Source of the DNA: the human T2T-CHM13v2.0 reference genome, Homo sapiens
Direction: 5' to 3' (one strand)
Assembly: GCF_009914755.1 (NCBI RefSeq)
Contig: NC_060930.1
DNA length: 64,000 nucleotides
A program made the position numbers and the translations under genes. Each line of letters begins with the position of its first letter. The first letter of the stretch is position 1. The notes under the pieces are model-generated. The model saw nothing but the letters and a program-made list of their open reading frames with translations, was not told where the DNA came from and did no database searches. Positions 1-15,617 of the stretch are shown in pieces.

Positions 1-162
1 TTTGTATCTGTATCAATGGGGTTTTTAATCACTGCCTCAGAGAGTATGGTGATAAAATATAGATGGCATTGACGGTGAAAAACTGGTATTAAAAAGTAAG
101 ATATAACATTAGGACCCATTTCTGCCAACATAACTTCAAAGACATTTATTTTCACAATATCA

Positions 163-651
<489 letters not shown>

Positions 652-1029
652 TTATGAAGTAATCATTTAAGAACCAGCATTCCATTCCTATGGTAAGTCA
701 CCAGGCAGAGTGCTGTCTGTGTTGTGTGGCATTTTGAACAGGTCTAATGGACTCGGTGCTGACAGCTGAAGGGCAAACTGTATGGGGATGGTTTTATCAA
801 AGAGAAGTACAACTTTACTCATTTTTTAGGAGAGAGGCAAGATCTTATTGGTTCAACTTACAAATGACCTCATTAAAATCTAATAAAAAGTGGCCATGCT
901 TTTTTATTTTGGGTGTTACCCAGAAAACCTTCATCTCTGAAGGGGACGTCATTATGATTTTCAAGTCGTCTTTTGATGAGATATTCATCCAAACATGTCA
1001 CTCTATAAATACATCTTTTCCTTTCTTAG

Positions 1030-1273
1030 GATCTGTCTGGCTCCATTGATGACCTCCCCACGGGAACGGAAGCAACTTTGAGCTCAGCAGTCAGTGCATC
1101 CGGGTCCACGAGCAGCCAAGGGGATCAGAGCAACCCGGCGCAGTCGCCTTTCTCCCCACATGCATCCCCTCATCTCTCCAGCATCCCGGGGGGCCCATCT
1201 CCCTCTCCTGTTGGCTCTCCTGTAGGAAGCAACCAGTCTCGATCTGGCCCAATCTCTCCTGCAAGTATCCCAG
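1030..1273 (+). CDS. ARID1B: ARID1B internal coding exon, 244 nt, phase 0 to 1 ([19 protein letters not shown]...[11 protein letters not shown])
   Basis: Pyrimidine tract and AG at 1028-1029; donor CAG|GTATTT at 1274; the peptide [14 protein letters not shown]...QSPFSPH is the recognisable ARID1A/B motif in its ARID1B version; splices in frame to 26842. Confidence 0.97.
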
Positions 1274-2074
1274 GTATTTACTTTCCTGACAATTATTATT
1301 TTACTTTGTGATAAAGAGAGATTTCATGTTCATCAACAGTAACTCACATTACTTTACTATTTAAAACCTAGTGGCCACATATTAAGAGTATAACTGAATT
1401 CTCACCAAGGCATACGAGAGTCCCAGTTCCTAAAGATATTCAACAGGTGATTATAACTACCCCTTTAATAAAATGACCAATTACTTTGATAATTTCAATT
1501 TGCATATTTACCTTAACTTATGCCAGAAACAGGGTATTATTTATCCTCTTAGCATATGTTTTGTAATGATTCTGTTACATCAGAGCTTCTGTTGATGAGT
1601 GCCACTAAAGTGAGATTGTTGATGAGGATTGGCCTTATTTTTTTGTGGTTCTATTCAATACTTGCCACAGCATTTATTTTCTAAAACATTTCTACGGTCT
1701 ATACTTATCAGTGTCTGATCACATGCAGGCACTGGTCAAGGTGGAGCATGGTCGAGGCGTTCTTACTGATACAAACTCGTGCCTTCTCTTGGACACAAGG
1801 AGCCCATGTTCTGGTTAACTCTGTGTTCATTTATTTCACTTGTCATGCATCGCCTCTATCTTCTCCCTTTATTATGTTCTCGAGGTTATTTATTTGGTTA
1901 TTTATTTGTCAGTTACTTCATCCTCATCCAGCTTTCTTATATCAGACTTCATCCATTCAAGTCTACCGTACAACTAGCTTTCCTTTATCACCAAACCAGA
2001 TAATTCATTCTATCCTTCCAAAATCATGGGCGTTAGTTTTGGTGCTTTTTAACGTTTCACCTCTTTTATATTAA

Positions 2075-2420
2075 AAAAAAAAAGTGTATTGTGGAATGTT
2101 TAGAATATTACACATATATATCTCTAAATAAAAGAACATACATAGCACACTAATTATGAAACATCAACTATCAAATAAACATTCATGAATTCACCATCCG
2201 GTTTAAGAATTAGAGTATCATAATGCCATTGTATCTACCTGTATATTTCTTCCTTATCCCAAGCTCTATACCTCTTCCTCACTTCAAATATCCTTTTAAT
2301 CTTTTTTAAAATATTGTTCTTTTGGTTTTTGGGTTTTTTTCTAAGAATTTTATTACAAACATTCATAGAGTATATATTGTTTTATTAAGTTCTTAGCTTT
2401 ATGGAAATGTATTATATTTG
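2075..2420 (-). mobile_element. Old L1M 3' fragment (probable)
   Basis: AT-rich sequence resembling an antisense L1M 3' UTR; judged by eye, boundaries approximate. Confidence 0.4.
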
Positions 2421-3744
2421 GAATGACTATAATTTATCATCCAATATGAGACACTTTTGTGCATGCAAAGGGCTACTATTAACAATTACAGTAGGATAGC
2501 GGCATAAGCCAGAAGGTCTTGGGCAGGTCAGATAATATGGTCAACCCACTTGTAGTGTAGGCTAAAATTTGCTTTTTTTAACTAAACGTTACATTTCTAA
2601 GATTCATCTGTAATTTGATATAGGTATACGCTCAGTGCATTTTGATTAAAGCATTTCGATGTTATCTTTCTTTCAAAGATATATGTTTGTCCTCATAGTG
2701 TTTGTAATAACCTGGACTTATCTGCTGCTTTTAACTTTTTAATGCTATGAATACTCTGTAGTCTAGAGTTTTTAAGACAGTTTTTGGTGTTGAGATGGTT
2801 TGTGAGATGTCACCTACCTAAATGTTGGAAAGTTATATGTAAAATATTGCGTTACTCAAAGAGCTTACTCTTTCATTCTAAATTGAGTCAAAAGGACTTT
2901 TTCTAAAAACCTAAATGAAAACTTTCTTGAGGTATAAAGATATAATGGTTTTAAATTTTAAATTCCTGACATGAGTAGTTAACCATCTGAAGACTTTCCA
3001 CATGTCTGTCCTTCCAAATGGGGATTTCTAAACTTGTATATTCATTGTTTGGATTTGATGCAATACAGAAGATAAAACCCAACAGAAAAGCTCACTTCGG
3101 GCATGTGATCCTGGGTATCAGGTGTTACATTATATAGTATTTTACAGAGGAAGTAGCTCAGCAAATTTAACTGGCCTCAGAGTCTGTGGTTCAGTTGGTT
3201 TGCACAGGGTAAAAGCTGGTGAGTGGGTTATACACCATCACAAAGGATGCCCATTCTTCGCAGTGACTGCAGATGCGTGCGGACGGAGAGCACAAGGATC
3301 TCACTATCATTTCTCCCTGCTAACTCCTAGAAAGCTTTCCACTTTCTTGGATACGTTATTTAAAGTGTATAGTTTGTTTTTTAAACTTGTGTCAGAAACA
3401 CTTACCACCATATTGCTTCACTGTACTATTCCAAGTCAGCTCCTCTGTAGCCGACCTCTATATGGTGCTTGGTAAAGCTATTCAATGAAATTTAGTACCG
3501 GGAGGAAATTAGGCAGCAAAAGCTCCACCTTTTTTTTGGTGGCATATTCTTCAAGTAAATTCTTAACTGTCTTTGCTAAATGCAAAGCTACATGGGGTTA
3601 GATTATATAAATATGACAAATAGAACATTTCTTAGTATATTCGCCATGGAGTAACCTCTTAAAAAATCTGATAAACAATTTTGGCATTTATTCACCTTTC
3701 TCCCAAGTGGAATTACAAACATTTGAACTTGATGGACTTTCATA

Positions 3745-3910
3745 ATTATCTGATACTAGCCATATAACCTTGAAGAAGCTTCTAAGCCTCTCTGTGCCTC
3801 AGTTTCTGCATCTGTAAAGATGATAACCCCACCTCATAGGGGAAATGCAAAGATTAAATGTGTCACTGCACGTGAGACAGGTACATGCGGAGCACTCAGT
3901 GCTTGTTGAT
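3745..3910 (+). mobile_element. MIR
   Basis: Core aagcctctctgtgcctcagtttctgcatctgtaaa...acctcatagg...gattaaatg. Confidence 0.8.
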
Positions 3911-6386
3911 TCTTACGATGTTACGTTCACCATTATGGATATTATTCAAACTGAGACTGTCTGTGACAATTACTGTTCAGAGTTGTACAGTTGATTTAGG
4001 CAGCAAGTCTTCTGGTTCTTAATCCAGTGGTGTTTTTGTGCAATTCAGAAGACATGTATGTTGTTCCCAGTAATGACTTGGTGTGTTTGCTGAGGTAGTT
4101 CGGTAGGACTGCTAGAGCTAGCCATGAAAGCATAATATATTTTCACAGAGTTGAGCTCAGTTTTCTTCTAGAAAAAAAAAAAAAAGTCCACGTTCCTCTT
4201 GGAGTTTGAGCCTGAGAAGGTTAAGAGGAAGACCGGAAAACGAGAGAGAATGACTGTACCCCAGAGATTAACAGAATTTCTACTGTTGTCTCTACACATG
4301 AAAATTTTAGCTGAACACTTAGCCCCTGCTTCTCTCAGATCATAGGCAAACATTTATGCTAGACCGCCTGCCTGCCACACAGAAAAGTTAACAATAGATG
4401 CAGTATAAAATCCTGGATTATTTTCCTTCTTTTTGCCTGTGTGGAGGCCACATCAGCTAACTGTGAGCAGCACTTCCTGCCCAGTGGTCACTGCCAGGGC
4501 TGCTGTAAACACTTCAACAGGTGCTCATTGCACAGGGTCTGAGTGGTGAATGGGAGTTGACATCTACCTGCCCTCTTGTGGGAAGGGGCACCATTTTCTC
4601 ATTCATACAGAGGAGCCAGGTTACCCTCAGTAACCTTGTCCTAGACCTTGGGGGAGTAGTCCATGGCTTGAGTCCAGGTATTACCCATTTCTCTTTGTTC
4701 CCACAGCTAAGCCGAGGGCCACTCAAATGTCAGTTTTTGATAACAGTTCATCCAACATTTTATATGCAGCTATTTTAATGGAATTTACTCAAAGCTCATG
4801 ACAGGTTTTTGTTGGGGAAAAAAAATGATTGTCTTCTATTTCCATTTCCCTCCACCTAGGCACCTTGTCCTTTCGAAGTTTTTAAATCATTTCCCTAAGA
4901 TTCATATCCTTATTCTCTGAGAAGTATTAAATATATTAAGTTATCCAGCGTGCATTATGTTATATATTTGTGTGATCTTGGTCATAGGTAATAAAACCAC
5001 ATTTTGGAGATGATCATAAAGTTGGTCTTTGCTTTTTGTTTTATATTTACTTTCACCTAAATGCAAATACACCTTCCTTTAGAGAATAATGAGGCCCATC
5101 TCCCTCCTCCTTTTCCCATCTCTAATCCTTATATTTAAATGGTGTGTATCTATACATCAGATCCCAAGTTCATATGCAGTCCACCTTCATTTGGTTCTGA
5201 GTCTGCCAGTGAACCATACATGCCATGTAGAGACGACATGCTCTCCCAGGCGTGATACTCAAACTGTCGAGCTATCTGTTAGGAATTTCCCTTTATTTTT
5301 CTATATGTAGTCTTTTGTTTTCTTTCTGTCCCCTTCCTTCCTCTTACTCCCAGCACCAACTTGTGTTTGGCCTCTCTTCTCTCCTGTTGCTTCCTGCCAT
5401 ATCTCATCACCTCCTCTCCATGTCTCACAGACTGGCTCTTTCAATCATTGTCTCTCCAACAAGTCATTGTAAAATGTGCAGCTGTTATGTAGCTGATAGC
5501 TGGGATGAAGTAAAGCCAAATGTTGCAGGGGATTCTTCCTGATGTTGCTTTCCTAGGATTTGTTGAAAAAAAACAATCATTTTTCTCCATCTCTACCCTG
5601 GTAAATGTAATTGACAGCTAATGAGAAGTATCACAGAGGTAGATAAACGAAGCCCAGTAAAGCATCCCAAATGGCTGATTCTGTTTCTTGCCTGTTAAAC
5701 TGTTCCTCCACCCACTGCAGATTTGCCCTCCTATCTTGCTGCATCACAAACATTGTGAGTGTCATGGGAACCACTACTGTGATACACTGGTACAACACTG
5801 CCCCGCCACATCCCTAACTCAGCTGGGCTTTTCCTCCTGCATTCTTTGGAGAAGCAGAATGGAGATTTTTTATGTTAGGTAGCCACATGGATTCTCTCCC
5901 TTTGTTTGCACATTCCTGGGCTCCAGCTTTGCAGCTCTCTATAGTTAGAAGGTAAAGAATTCAGGCCTGCTTGTTGACTCTAAACAAGCATTTGAGAACA
6001 GAAACACAAACGCTGTACTCTCCCTCCAGTGCCATCACAAATTTTCTTGTTTTTTACCTATTCTCTCTCCTCTTCATACTGATGTATTTATATTTAGAGA
6101 CAGAAATGAAATAGCTCCATCTTTGTAATTGGCAGTGTGTATTCATATACTATACATTTAAATTAAGTAGATGTAATGTCAGGTACAGTTAATTCTGAAA
6201 TGTGTGATATTAGACATGATGCTGATATTCTAGTAAATGATCCCATCACGTTGCACTTACACTGCTTCTTGGGTTATATCCTAGCGTTTTTCACTTTGGC
6301 GTTAGGAGGGCTGCTGGGTTTTGGATGTGTATTGAACAGGTCTTGGGTCTTACGCTGGGCCTGATTGCCCCTAATGCGTGGTGGAA

Positions 6387-6398
6387 GCTGACTCAGCA
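6387..6398 (+). promoter_or_regulatory. MARE/ARE-like motif GCTGACTCAGCA (AP-1 core plus GC)
   Basis: 12/13 match to the T-MARE TGCTGACTCAGCA in unique intronic sequence; function not shown. Confidence 0.35.
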
Positions 6399-7307
6399 CG
6401 GCATCTGAATGCACCGCTGTTGCCAGAAGATTCTGCGGATGTTAATTTCACTTGTCTTGCCTCCAGAGCCAGCCATTCCAGTTTACTAACAAAGCAAAAA
6501 TGTAAATAAGCCAAACTTAAAAATTTTTTATTTTATTGGCCAGAGGCTTTTGTCAGCTTTTCCTCCATGTGCTGTAAGCAGCGGCAGTGTTTAAATATTG
6601 AGAGGAGGGAGCTCACCGTGGGGGTGAGGAATGGACAGGCAGGTGTTAACTGTTCATAGCCTGGCTACTTTTGTTTATAAAACTAAGCTCATCTGTTTTA
6701 TTAATGAAGATCTAAGGATAGTAACTGAAAATTCCTGAATAGATTTTTCCGCATTCTTTTTTAGGCATTAGGCATTTGGTATTTGTACTAAGTCCAGTGT
6801 AAGTAGAGTTAACTCACTTTGATCTGGCAGCAGAAGGCCACTGATTATAATAGATTAGGGTCAAAAACACAAAATTAGGTCTTCACGCTAGCACATAATG
6901 AGTAGCTGTTTGTTTCATGGCTATTGTTCTTCTTGCTTGGTATTAGGTAAGACTAATCAAAGGCAACATCATCTTAGCTATCATAGACAGAAACAAAATA
7001 GAGTTGCATCAAATATGAAAGTAGAACCCTTTTTCTTTTCACATTTCGTGCTTCGCTGTTTGAGGCGCTCACCTGCCACCTGGCCTCTCGGCAGACTACC
7101 TGCTGGCTGGCTGGGCATGAGGGATGGGTCAGGGTGCCTTCAGAGCTGAGACTGTGAAGCCGGGAGGCACAGGTCAGGAGGAATCTCACTCACATTCCAG
7201 GAGCCACCTTCACTGCTCCCATCTTTTTCTACTGATACCTCCCCTCCCCTTCTCCCTCTCCAGCCAGCTGCGCTTCACCCTACTCCAGTGATCACCTCTG
7301 CACGTGT

Positions 7308-7347
7308 GCCTCCTGCCTGGGGTAGCCGCCTCCCGCCTGGGGTAGCC
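7308..7347. repeat. 20-bp tandem duplication x2
   Basis: gcctcctgcctggggtagcc followed by gcctcccgcctggggtagcc (1 mismatch). Confidence 0.85.
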
Positions 7348-10239
7348 TCTTCCAGGAGCCCCTCCACAGTGCACAGCATGTGGCACCTGCTAATGTGAAC
7401 TCATACCCAGTGAATAACTTCAGTCTCTGTCCTTTGAAAAGGATCACAGGTGTGACGAGCCTGAAGAAATCGCTTGGTCAGAGCTCGTCCTCCTACGCCA
7501 CAAAGCACCAATTCCTTTATAGTGGAGCCTAATTCTCTGCAGCTTTATCATGGCCATTCCTAGAGGGCGAGAGATGCATCCAGCATACCAACCAGCCATA
7601 ATGAATCTGTGCCCCTCAGGAAAATCTCAGACAAAAAGCATGAGTTCTAGAAAGGGTGGCACGTATTGGATTAAATATGGAAAAGAACTGTTTGGCAGCA
7701 CTGGGGTGTATTTAGAGCTCTTCTGTGTGAGTGCTCACCCAGTCCCACCCTTCAGCAAGTGAGAGCTAAGTAGATTTCTCTACCAGCCGATATAGCTGCA
7801 GATACAAACAAGAAGATATTCTGGTCAAAAAACTAATTTTCTTGCTTAATTTGACATTCAAACAAGCAGAATCTGGAAGGATGCTATAATGGGAAAGAGA
7901 AAGATGAATCTCAGTTAGGAGTTAGTCATAGTCCAGAGTGAACAGGAAGGATTCCAGTGAGAGGAAATGATAGCTCCTGGTCTAATTTGACAAGATTAGT
8001 ACCTATCAGATGAACAATGGAGGATGCAAACCAATGTCTCTCTTTCATTTAACCCATTTCTCCTGGAGTTTTAGGTCTCTTAGGGCTCAAGCCCATCCTA
8101 AGTAAATAAACTTTCTACTTTTTAATTTGGCCTTAATAAAACTCAGGGTAAAAAGCATGAGTTTATTTCTATATGTAAATGGTTCTTAGCCAGTGTCGTT
8201 TCGTGATGACATTAGCAGTAGACCCTCTAAAATGGCATTTCTTGTACTGACAGAAATTTTTTATTTGAAAGTCTGCATAATCATCTTACCTAATAATCTT
8301 ATTTTTAAATATCTATCGAATGTTCCTTTTTGGCTTCACTGGAGGTGGAAATCCTGCAACAGCTTGTTGCAAGGAAGATGCATGCTGCTTATTGGCAAGC
8401 CGAGGAGGAAAAAAAAAATTAACACAAAATGCCATTGATATATCCATGTTTTTAATCTGTGGCAGCACAGAAAACCAATTCAGCAGTTCTACAAACCAAA
8501 GAGAACTTAAGCCAGTATTTTTTTCCCTGACAAAGTAAAATATTTGGATGTTATACAAAACTATTTCCATTCCCTTCCAAATGCTGCTTAGCAATAGTTA
8601 AGAAAGCAAATTGTATATTTTGTCTTTTTGAGAGACGGGGTTGCATCTCTGTATGGCTTAGTTATTGGTAGCGTGATGTAGAACCTCCCACTTTAAGATA
8701 ACAGCTTTAAAATTCAGGCCAAGATCCTGGTTATGGAAACTCAGCAAGTCCATGGGTCATGAATATTCTCAGCGCTGTTTCTAGAGGACAGATTCCCCAT
8801 TGCTGTCTGGTGGCCAAGGCCTTTGCGTTTGAAGAACTGCCTCAGTGTTCTGAGCTACTCTTCTCCTTCAGAGGTCACTCCACACCCCAAGTCAGGTATT
8901 CTGATGGGTGGGGAATGAGTATTCTTTTCTTCAAAAGCACAAATCTTTTCAATCTTTCATTCCAGCAAACTTCAAATTAAGCCTTTTCTCCTCTTCTTTC
9001 TCCCACATTTAGAAATAAGAAAACAATAGAAATTTATCAAAATACAAATTCCCAATTGGTTTTGCTCCTCTCTTAATTAAAAAAAGTTGGGCAACTCAGT
9101 TTAAATTATCCTGTCAATTTCCGTTCCCTTTCTCTATTCTTCTGTGTATGAAAATACAAGAAAGCCTGTGTCACCAAGGCAATATTATGTGCCTTTTTCT
9201 TGCTCTGCAATCTCAGCAGTGACTCATGTGTTTTCATGGTGGGTCTAATGGTCCACTCCCACTTCTCCATTATTTTTTTGCATTGTTCTCTGGAGAAGCA
9301 CTTCAGACACCTCGTTCTGTTTGTTTTCACTCTTGAGCTGAGTAGGCTGTCCCTGCTCTGAACCTCTGCTCAGCTGAGTGTCACTGCGTCTGGATTCTGC
9401 GTGTGCTGCCTCTGTGGAAATGCTGTTGGCATTGACCCGCTGCCTTCTCCCTTCGCTGAGAATGAAGATTCAGAATGGAGGGGTACAAAAGCTTTTATGA
9501 ACTAATTTTAGCCTAGAAGTAAAAAGTTTCAAAAATCACTTGAGTACATTTTGGAAAATGGTGGGTAAATGAATAGTACTTAGAGTCAAGATGCTCCTAA
9601 AGTTGATTTCACAAACTTCTGGTATATCACCATGTTTCCTAAAAGAGAATAAGTAACAATTGTGGAAGGAACAAAACCATTTTATAGAGAGTGTTAGGTT
9701 TATTTCCCAGTCTTCTGATAACCCTGGAGCCAGGATTATTATGATGTGTTGATTGATTATAGCCGTTAAGACTCTTACTAATCAGTTTCATCACTTATTC
9801 TCAATTCACACACTTGCATCTTTGATTTCTCTTCCATAACAGGGTGATATGGGTTGTCATTGACTAATGAAGAACAGAATTGGTTTCGGCATGAGACAAA
9901 CGGAATGCCTTCACTAATCCTAAAATGCATTAATCTTTCATAATCCACATCTGCATGTTTATAAATGATATAACTAGGAATTGTTAATGTTGATATTCTC
10001 CCTTCCAAACAGAAAGTGACATGGGAGTTTGTACTTGCAAACTGCATTAAATACATAAAGCTGAATGCCAAGAGTGTGACCTTGCTGAGGATGCCAAATA
10101 TATTACTTCATTTGATGGTTTTAGAAAAGTAGCATGTTGCACTTTGAGTGTTGGATATACCAGGAGATATCCTGTGGAAAGCCAACTATCCTAATTGTTC
10201 CGTTTCCTTCCTGCCTTATTTTATCATTCTATTCTGTCA

Positions 10240-11420
<1,181 letters not shown>

Positions 11421-11484
11421 GAAAAATGAGTGTGTGAGGCTTTAGGGTTCAGGATGAGGTCCCCTGGGCACCCAGCCTGCCTCA

Positions 11485-11775
11485 GCATCACTTGGAGGGC
11501 TTGTGATTCAGTAGTTGTGGGGTGGAGCCCGAGAGTTTGCATTTCCAATAATTTCTAGTTCTGCTGAAGCTGCTGGTCTGGGAAGTACTGGCCTAGGGAG
11601 TGAGTGAAGGTCAGTGCTCCTCAGCACTCGCCACACAACATGCCTGGGAAAGGACCGGTGCTGGCCCAGCCCTGGAGATGCTGAGCTAATCGGTCTGACA
11701 CGGGGTATTCCGTCAGTACTTTCTTAAAGCTCTCCAGGTGGTTATTATGCACAGCCAAGGCTGAGAATCACTGAG
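11485..11775. mobile_element. MER5-family (hAT-Charlie) fragments, two pieces
   Basis: cagcatcacttggagggcttg...gtggagcccgagagtttgcatttccaa and aaagctctccaggtggttattatgcacagccaaggctgagaatcactg are typical MER5 motifs. Confidence 0.7.
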
Positions 11776-12419
11776 AGAAGAATTCTGAGGAAACCCTGGG
11801 GTACCCAAAAAGGTAGAGACTGTGAAAAAGAAATGCAAGAAGAAATGTTTCTAGAATATGGAAGAGAGCACCCGTGTCCAAGACAACTTAGCACTTCCCC
11901 AGTGCTCCATGGGCATGCCTGAGAAGGAGGCCTGTCTTCCCAGTTAGGAGCACATACATTTCTCACAGGAAAGTTGAGGGATGATTAGCTCATGTGTTAA
12001 GGGCGGCATAGTGCTGAGGTTTTTTCCCCTGATCTTTCTAGAACTAGATTTGGTTCAGTTGAAAGTAATGTCACAGAAAAAATTCTTGTGCAAAAATACT
12101 GTTGTATTCTCAAGTCCAGTTCAGTTAGCAGCAGACTTCCTCATTTCCACAATTGTTACCTGAAGTTCATTTCACATGAAATCCAAGAATCATGTTATTT
12201 TAATTCTACTTGAAAAAAGGCAAAAAAAAAGTATCACATTTTAAGAGAAGCGAGCCTCAGTGGATATATTTTTGCTGCTTGTTCGTTTTTCATGTGGCCT
12301 CAGTGCCTTTTCTTAGAAGCCGACGGAGGAACTAGTTGAGAATTCCCTGTCTCTATACCACTGACCATGACTTTGCGTCAGATCTTTGTCCCTAGAGCTG
12401 CATTAAAGAATAATGTGAT

Positions 12420-12670
12420 TTATCCTTTCTGCCTGGAACATCCATCCCACTCTTCATGCAGCCCAGCAAACTCCTCCTTACCCTTCAAGACCCCGCTAAA
12501 GGATCTTTCCCTTCACGAAGTCCTTGCTGACCCCTGCAGCCCCGGAGTTCAGCTCTCCCTCAGGGCTGCCCCAGCTGCCTGAGCCCCTGGCGGGCTGAGA
12601 GCCTCTTTCTTCTTTTTGTCCCCAGTGCCAAGAACAGTGCCTGGCAAGTAGCGCTATTCAGTAAACATGG
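12420..12670 (+). mobile_element. L2 3' fragment
   Basis: tctgcctggaaca...aactcctccttacccttcaagacc...tccccagtgccaagaacagtgcctggcaagtag...tcagtaaaca. Confidence 0.7.
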
Positions 12671-15334
12671 GCCAAATTAAAGAACTCACAGTTCTCTTAG
12701 AAAAATGGGAATTCAAAAGAAGAGAGTTCTGAAATTGGTGACTTATAACCTTTCTCCTGTGGGCTTGGAGCCATCTTTCTGCCTTTGCATTTCACCCTCC
12801 ATGGGATCATTCTTTTCCCCTCCCTCCTGAAAGCGACTCCACTGTGACAGATACCTTTCACAAGTGTGCTTGCCGAATATTTAGTCCAATCTGAAAGAAG
12901 TAATGGAGAGTACTTGAGGTCGTGCTCGAGAACCTTCCTCTCCACATTGCCACAGTCAGAGGCTCTGTGGCCTGCACAGCCCTCCTTGTCCCCTGGCACT
13001 CAGCATGGAGAGCTTAGCCGTGCCCAGGCTGGCACTGCCTCTGGCAGAGTTTACTCCTGAGCTGCGGGGTCCCTGAGGGTGCCCACTGCCACCCGCCTGG
13101 ACCTCCCAGTTCTAGCCTCGTGCTGGAGAGGTCTGCTCTCCCCCCAGCAACCTCACAAGCCCAGCACTGTTAAAAAGGAGTCTGGTTATTGATTAATCCG
13201 GGTTTCATTGTGCAACTCTATATCTCTTGAAAAAGCACTTATTTAAACACCCAAATGTATTAATATGTCATGGTGTGAATTGTGATAGTGAAGCAAGGTA
13301 AGCAGGTGCTGGTTTCCTTCAAATATACATTGTGAAGTGTTGATTTATCCCCCTTAGATCCTGGAGATTTCACTCAGGAGCCTGGGGTTTTTTGTTTGTT
13401 TGTTTTTTAAGTTTTTCAGAATAGTAAGTGGTTTTAGCTGTCTCGTTCTTTACTTTTAAAAGTATGAGTTTTATGCCAAGGGTTTAAAAATCTTAAGTTT
13501 TATCATGAAAACAAGCTGTCATTAGTTAGTATAATCACAAATGCAATGAAATTTTAAACTCTGTAAGAAAAAGCATATTATTTTAGTACATAAATTGACA
13601 CTTAATTCTATATCTAAATGGAGAATTTATAGAAACCATGCCACCTATAGTACCAGTGTTTTATCTGTTGGTCTCAACTTTATACATTCTGTGTTATTTC
13701 CCTCAAATTCCAATATTTAATTCCCAAACCCTGTATTTTTCCCTCCCTCTTCTGACATCCAGACGCAGCATAAAGATGCCCATTGATTGACCACGTGTGC
13801 CACCTTTTGGTCTGGAAAACACGGTCCCTCGTACCTACAGGGCACAGCAAGCGCTCACGTGCTATATTCTCTTTTAGGTGCAAAATGACTCCAAGGGAGT
13901 GAGCATCCGCATGTGGCACTTCTCATAGCCAACCACCCATGTTTACAGGCAGAGTTGTCACGAAGCGTTGGAACCCAGAATGAGAAATTTGTGACAAGAG
14001 AGGGTGGAGGCGAGTGAAACTTTGATTAAAGGAAAGTGCCTTGGCTTTAAAAAGGCCTGTCTCTATCCGGCAGCACAGAGCAGCGATCAAGTGGAAGAAA
14101 GGGAGCAGGCAGGCGCCTCAGCTAATCTTTCTCCTGGGGGCCCAGGTGGACAAATTGGCAACCCTGTTCACAGCTTTTTTTCTTCTCCCCTTTGTGTCAT
14201 AAGAACTGCTAATCGGATCCATGCTGCTGCAACTGTGGTTAGTTATTAGCAGAATAAAAGCAGATTTCTTCAAAAGAACGGGTGGGGGAAACGACTATAC
14301 AAAATTGCAAGGTTGTTAGAATCTAAAATGCACAGCAGTCGATTTTTCCCCTTATTCTGAATTAGACGATGAATACAAGTCTTTCATCTGTCACTATACC
14401 CATTTCTTCAGAGGCAGCCAAATATTAAGCTTCTCAAACAAAAAAGGAATCTTAGAAAGAGGAAAAATATTGAGGAGGAATAAGAATGGGTGAGAGAAGG
14501 GAAAAATTAGGTTTTGTTTTTATTAATTTGCCCTGGTGAGAGAAATATAAACCATCCCTCTATTTGGTGTTCTCCCCGCCGCCTCTTACCTTACATCAAA
14601 GCGAGGATTCGAGAGAATGGAGCTGGTGGCTGTTCAGCATTTTATGTCTGGTGTTCTGCCTGAGGAAAGTTCAGAACCTACCTCTTTTCTTACAGATAGC
14701 AGAGTGCTATGAATCCGGACTTCCTGGGGGAAGGCCGGGCTAGCGATGCCATACCCAAATGTGGAGAATAGACCTTTCCCTCCACAAGTGGGTTTTCACG
14801 TGGCCCAGTAGACCTTGGAATTGTATGCCTGAGCTTTAAAGCTATTGCAAAGGGTGTGTTTTGATGAGAATGCCAGATTTTCAGCATGGTAGTTGATGTA
14901 CTTCAGGACATCATGGACTTTCACAGGGGATGCCTCGCAGATCCTCAAGATTCCCAAAGTTAGAAGTGGTTCCTGCTTTCAACCAAATCACATTTTTGGT
15001 CATACTGCCTATTTACTATTCATGTCTTCACATCTGAAGTTAACTAAAGTTGAGAAGCTTTCCTTAAAGTTCCATCTTTTATTTAATGGCTGTTTTATCC
15101 ACAAAGACACAGTTTTTATTCACCTCCCCAGAGTCGGTCCTGAGTGGAGTGGCAAGTGCAGTGGGACCCAGGCTGAGCTGTGCCAGCCGCCACCCTGAGA
15201 GTTGTGCCTCAGTCAAACCCAAAGCACATTATATTCCCACACCTTTCAGGCCACTTAGCAGTCATCCAGACTAAAAATGTCTCATTTTAATGCGGAGAAT
15301 CCTCTGTATGTAAATGTTTTATGACTCCAGTTTA

Positions 15335-15617
15335 TTTTTTTTATTTTTTTTGAGACGGAGTCTCGCTCTGTCACCCAGGCTGGGGCGCAGTGGCATGATC
15401 TCAGATCGCTGCAGCTTCCGCCTCTCAGGTTTAAGCAATTCTCCTGACTCAGCCTCCCAAGTAGCAGGGATTACAGGTGCCCACCACCACGCATTTTTGT
15501 AGAGACAGGGTTTTATCATGTTGGCCAGGCTAGTCTCGAACTCCTGACCTCAAGCAATCTGCCTGCCTTGGCTTCCTGAAGTGCTGGGATTACAAGCGTG
15601 AGCCATTGCGCTGGGCC
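15335..15617 (-). mobile_element. Alu with a small deletion at the linker
   Basis: Antisense Alu; TSD actccagtttat at about 15324 and 15619. Confidence 0.95.

Noticed and set aside
8355-8371. Palindrome tgcaaca-gct-tgttgca
   Set aside because: Half-sites are in the wrong orientation for an RFX X-box and it is too short to call an RNA structure.
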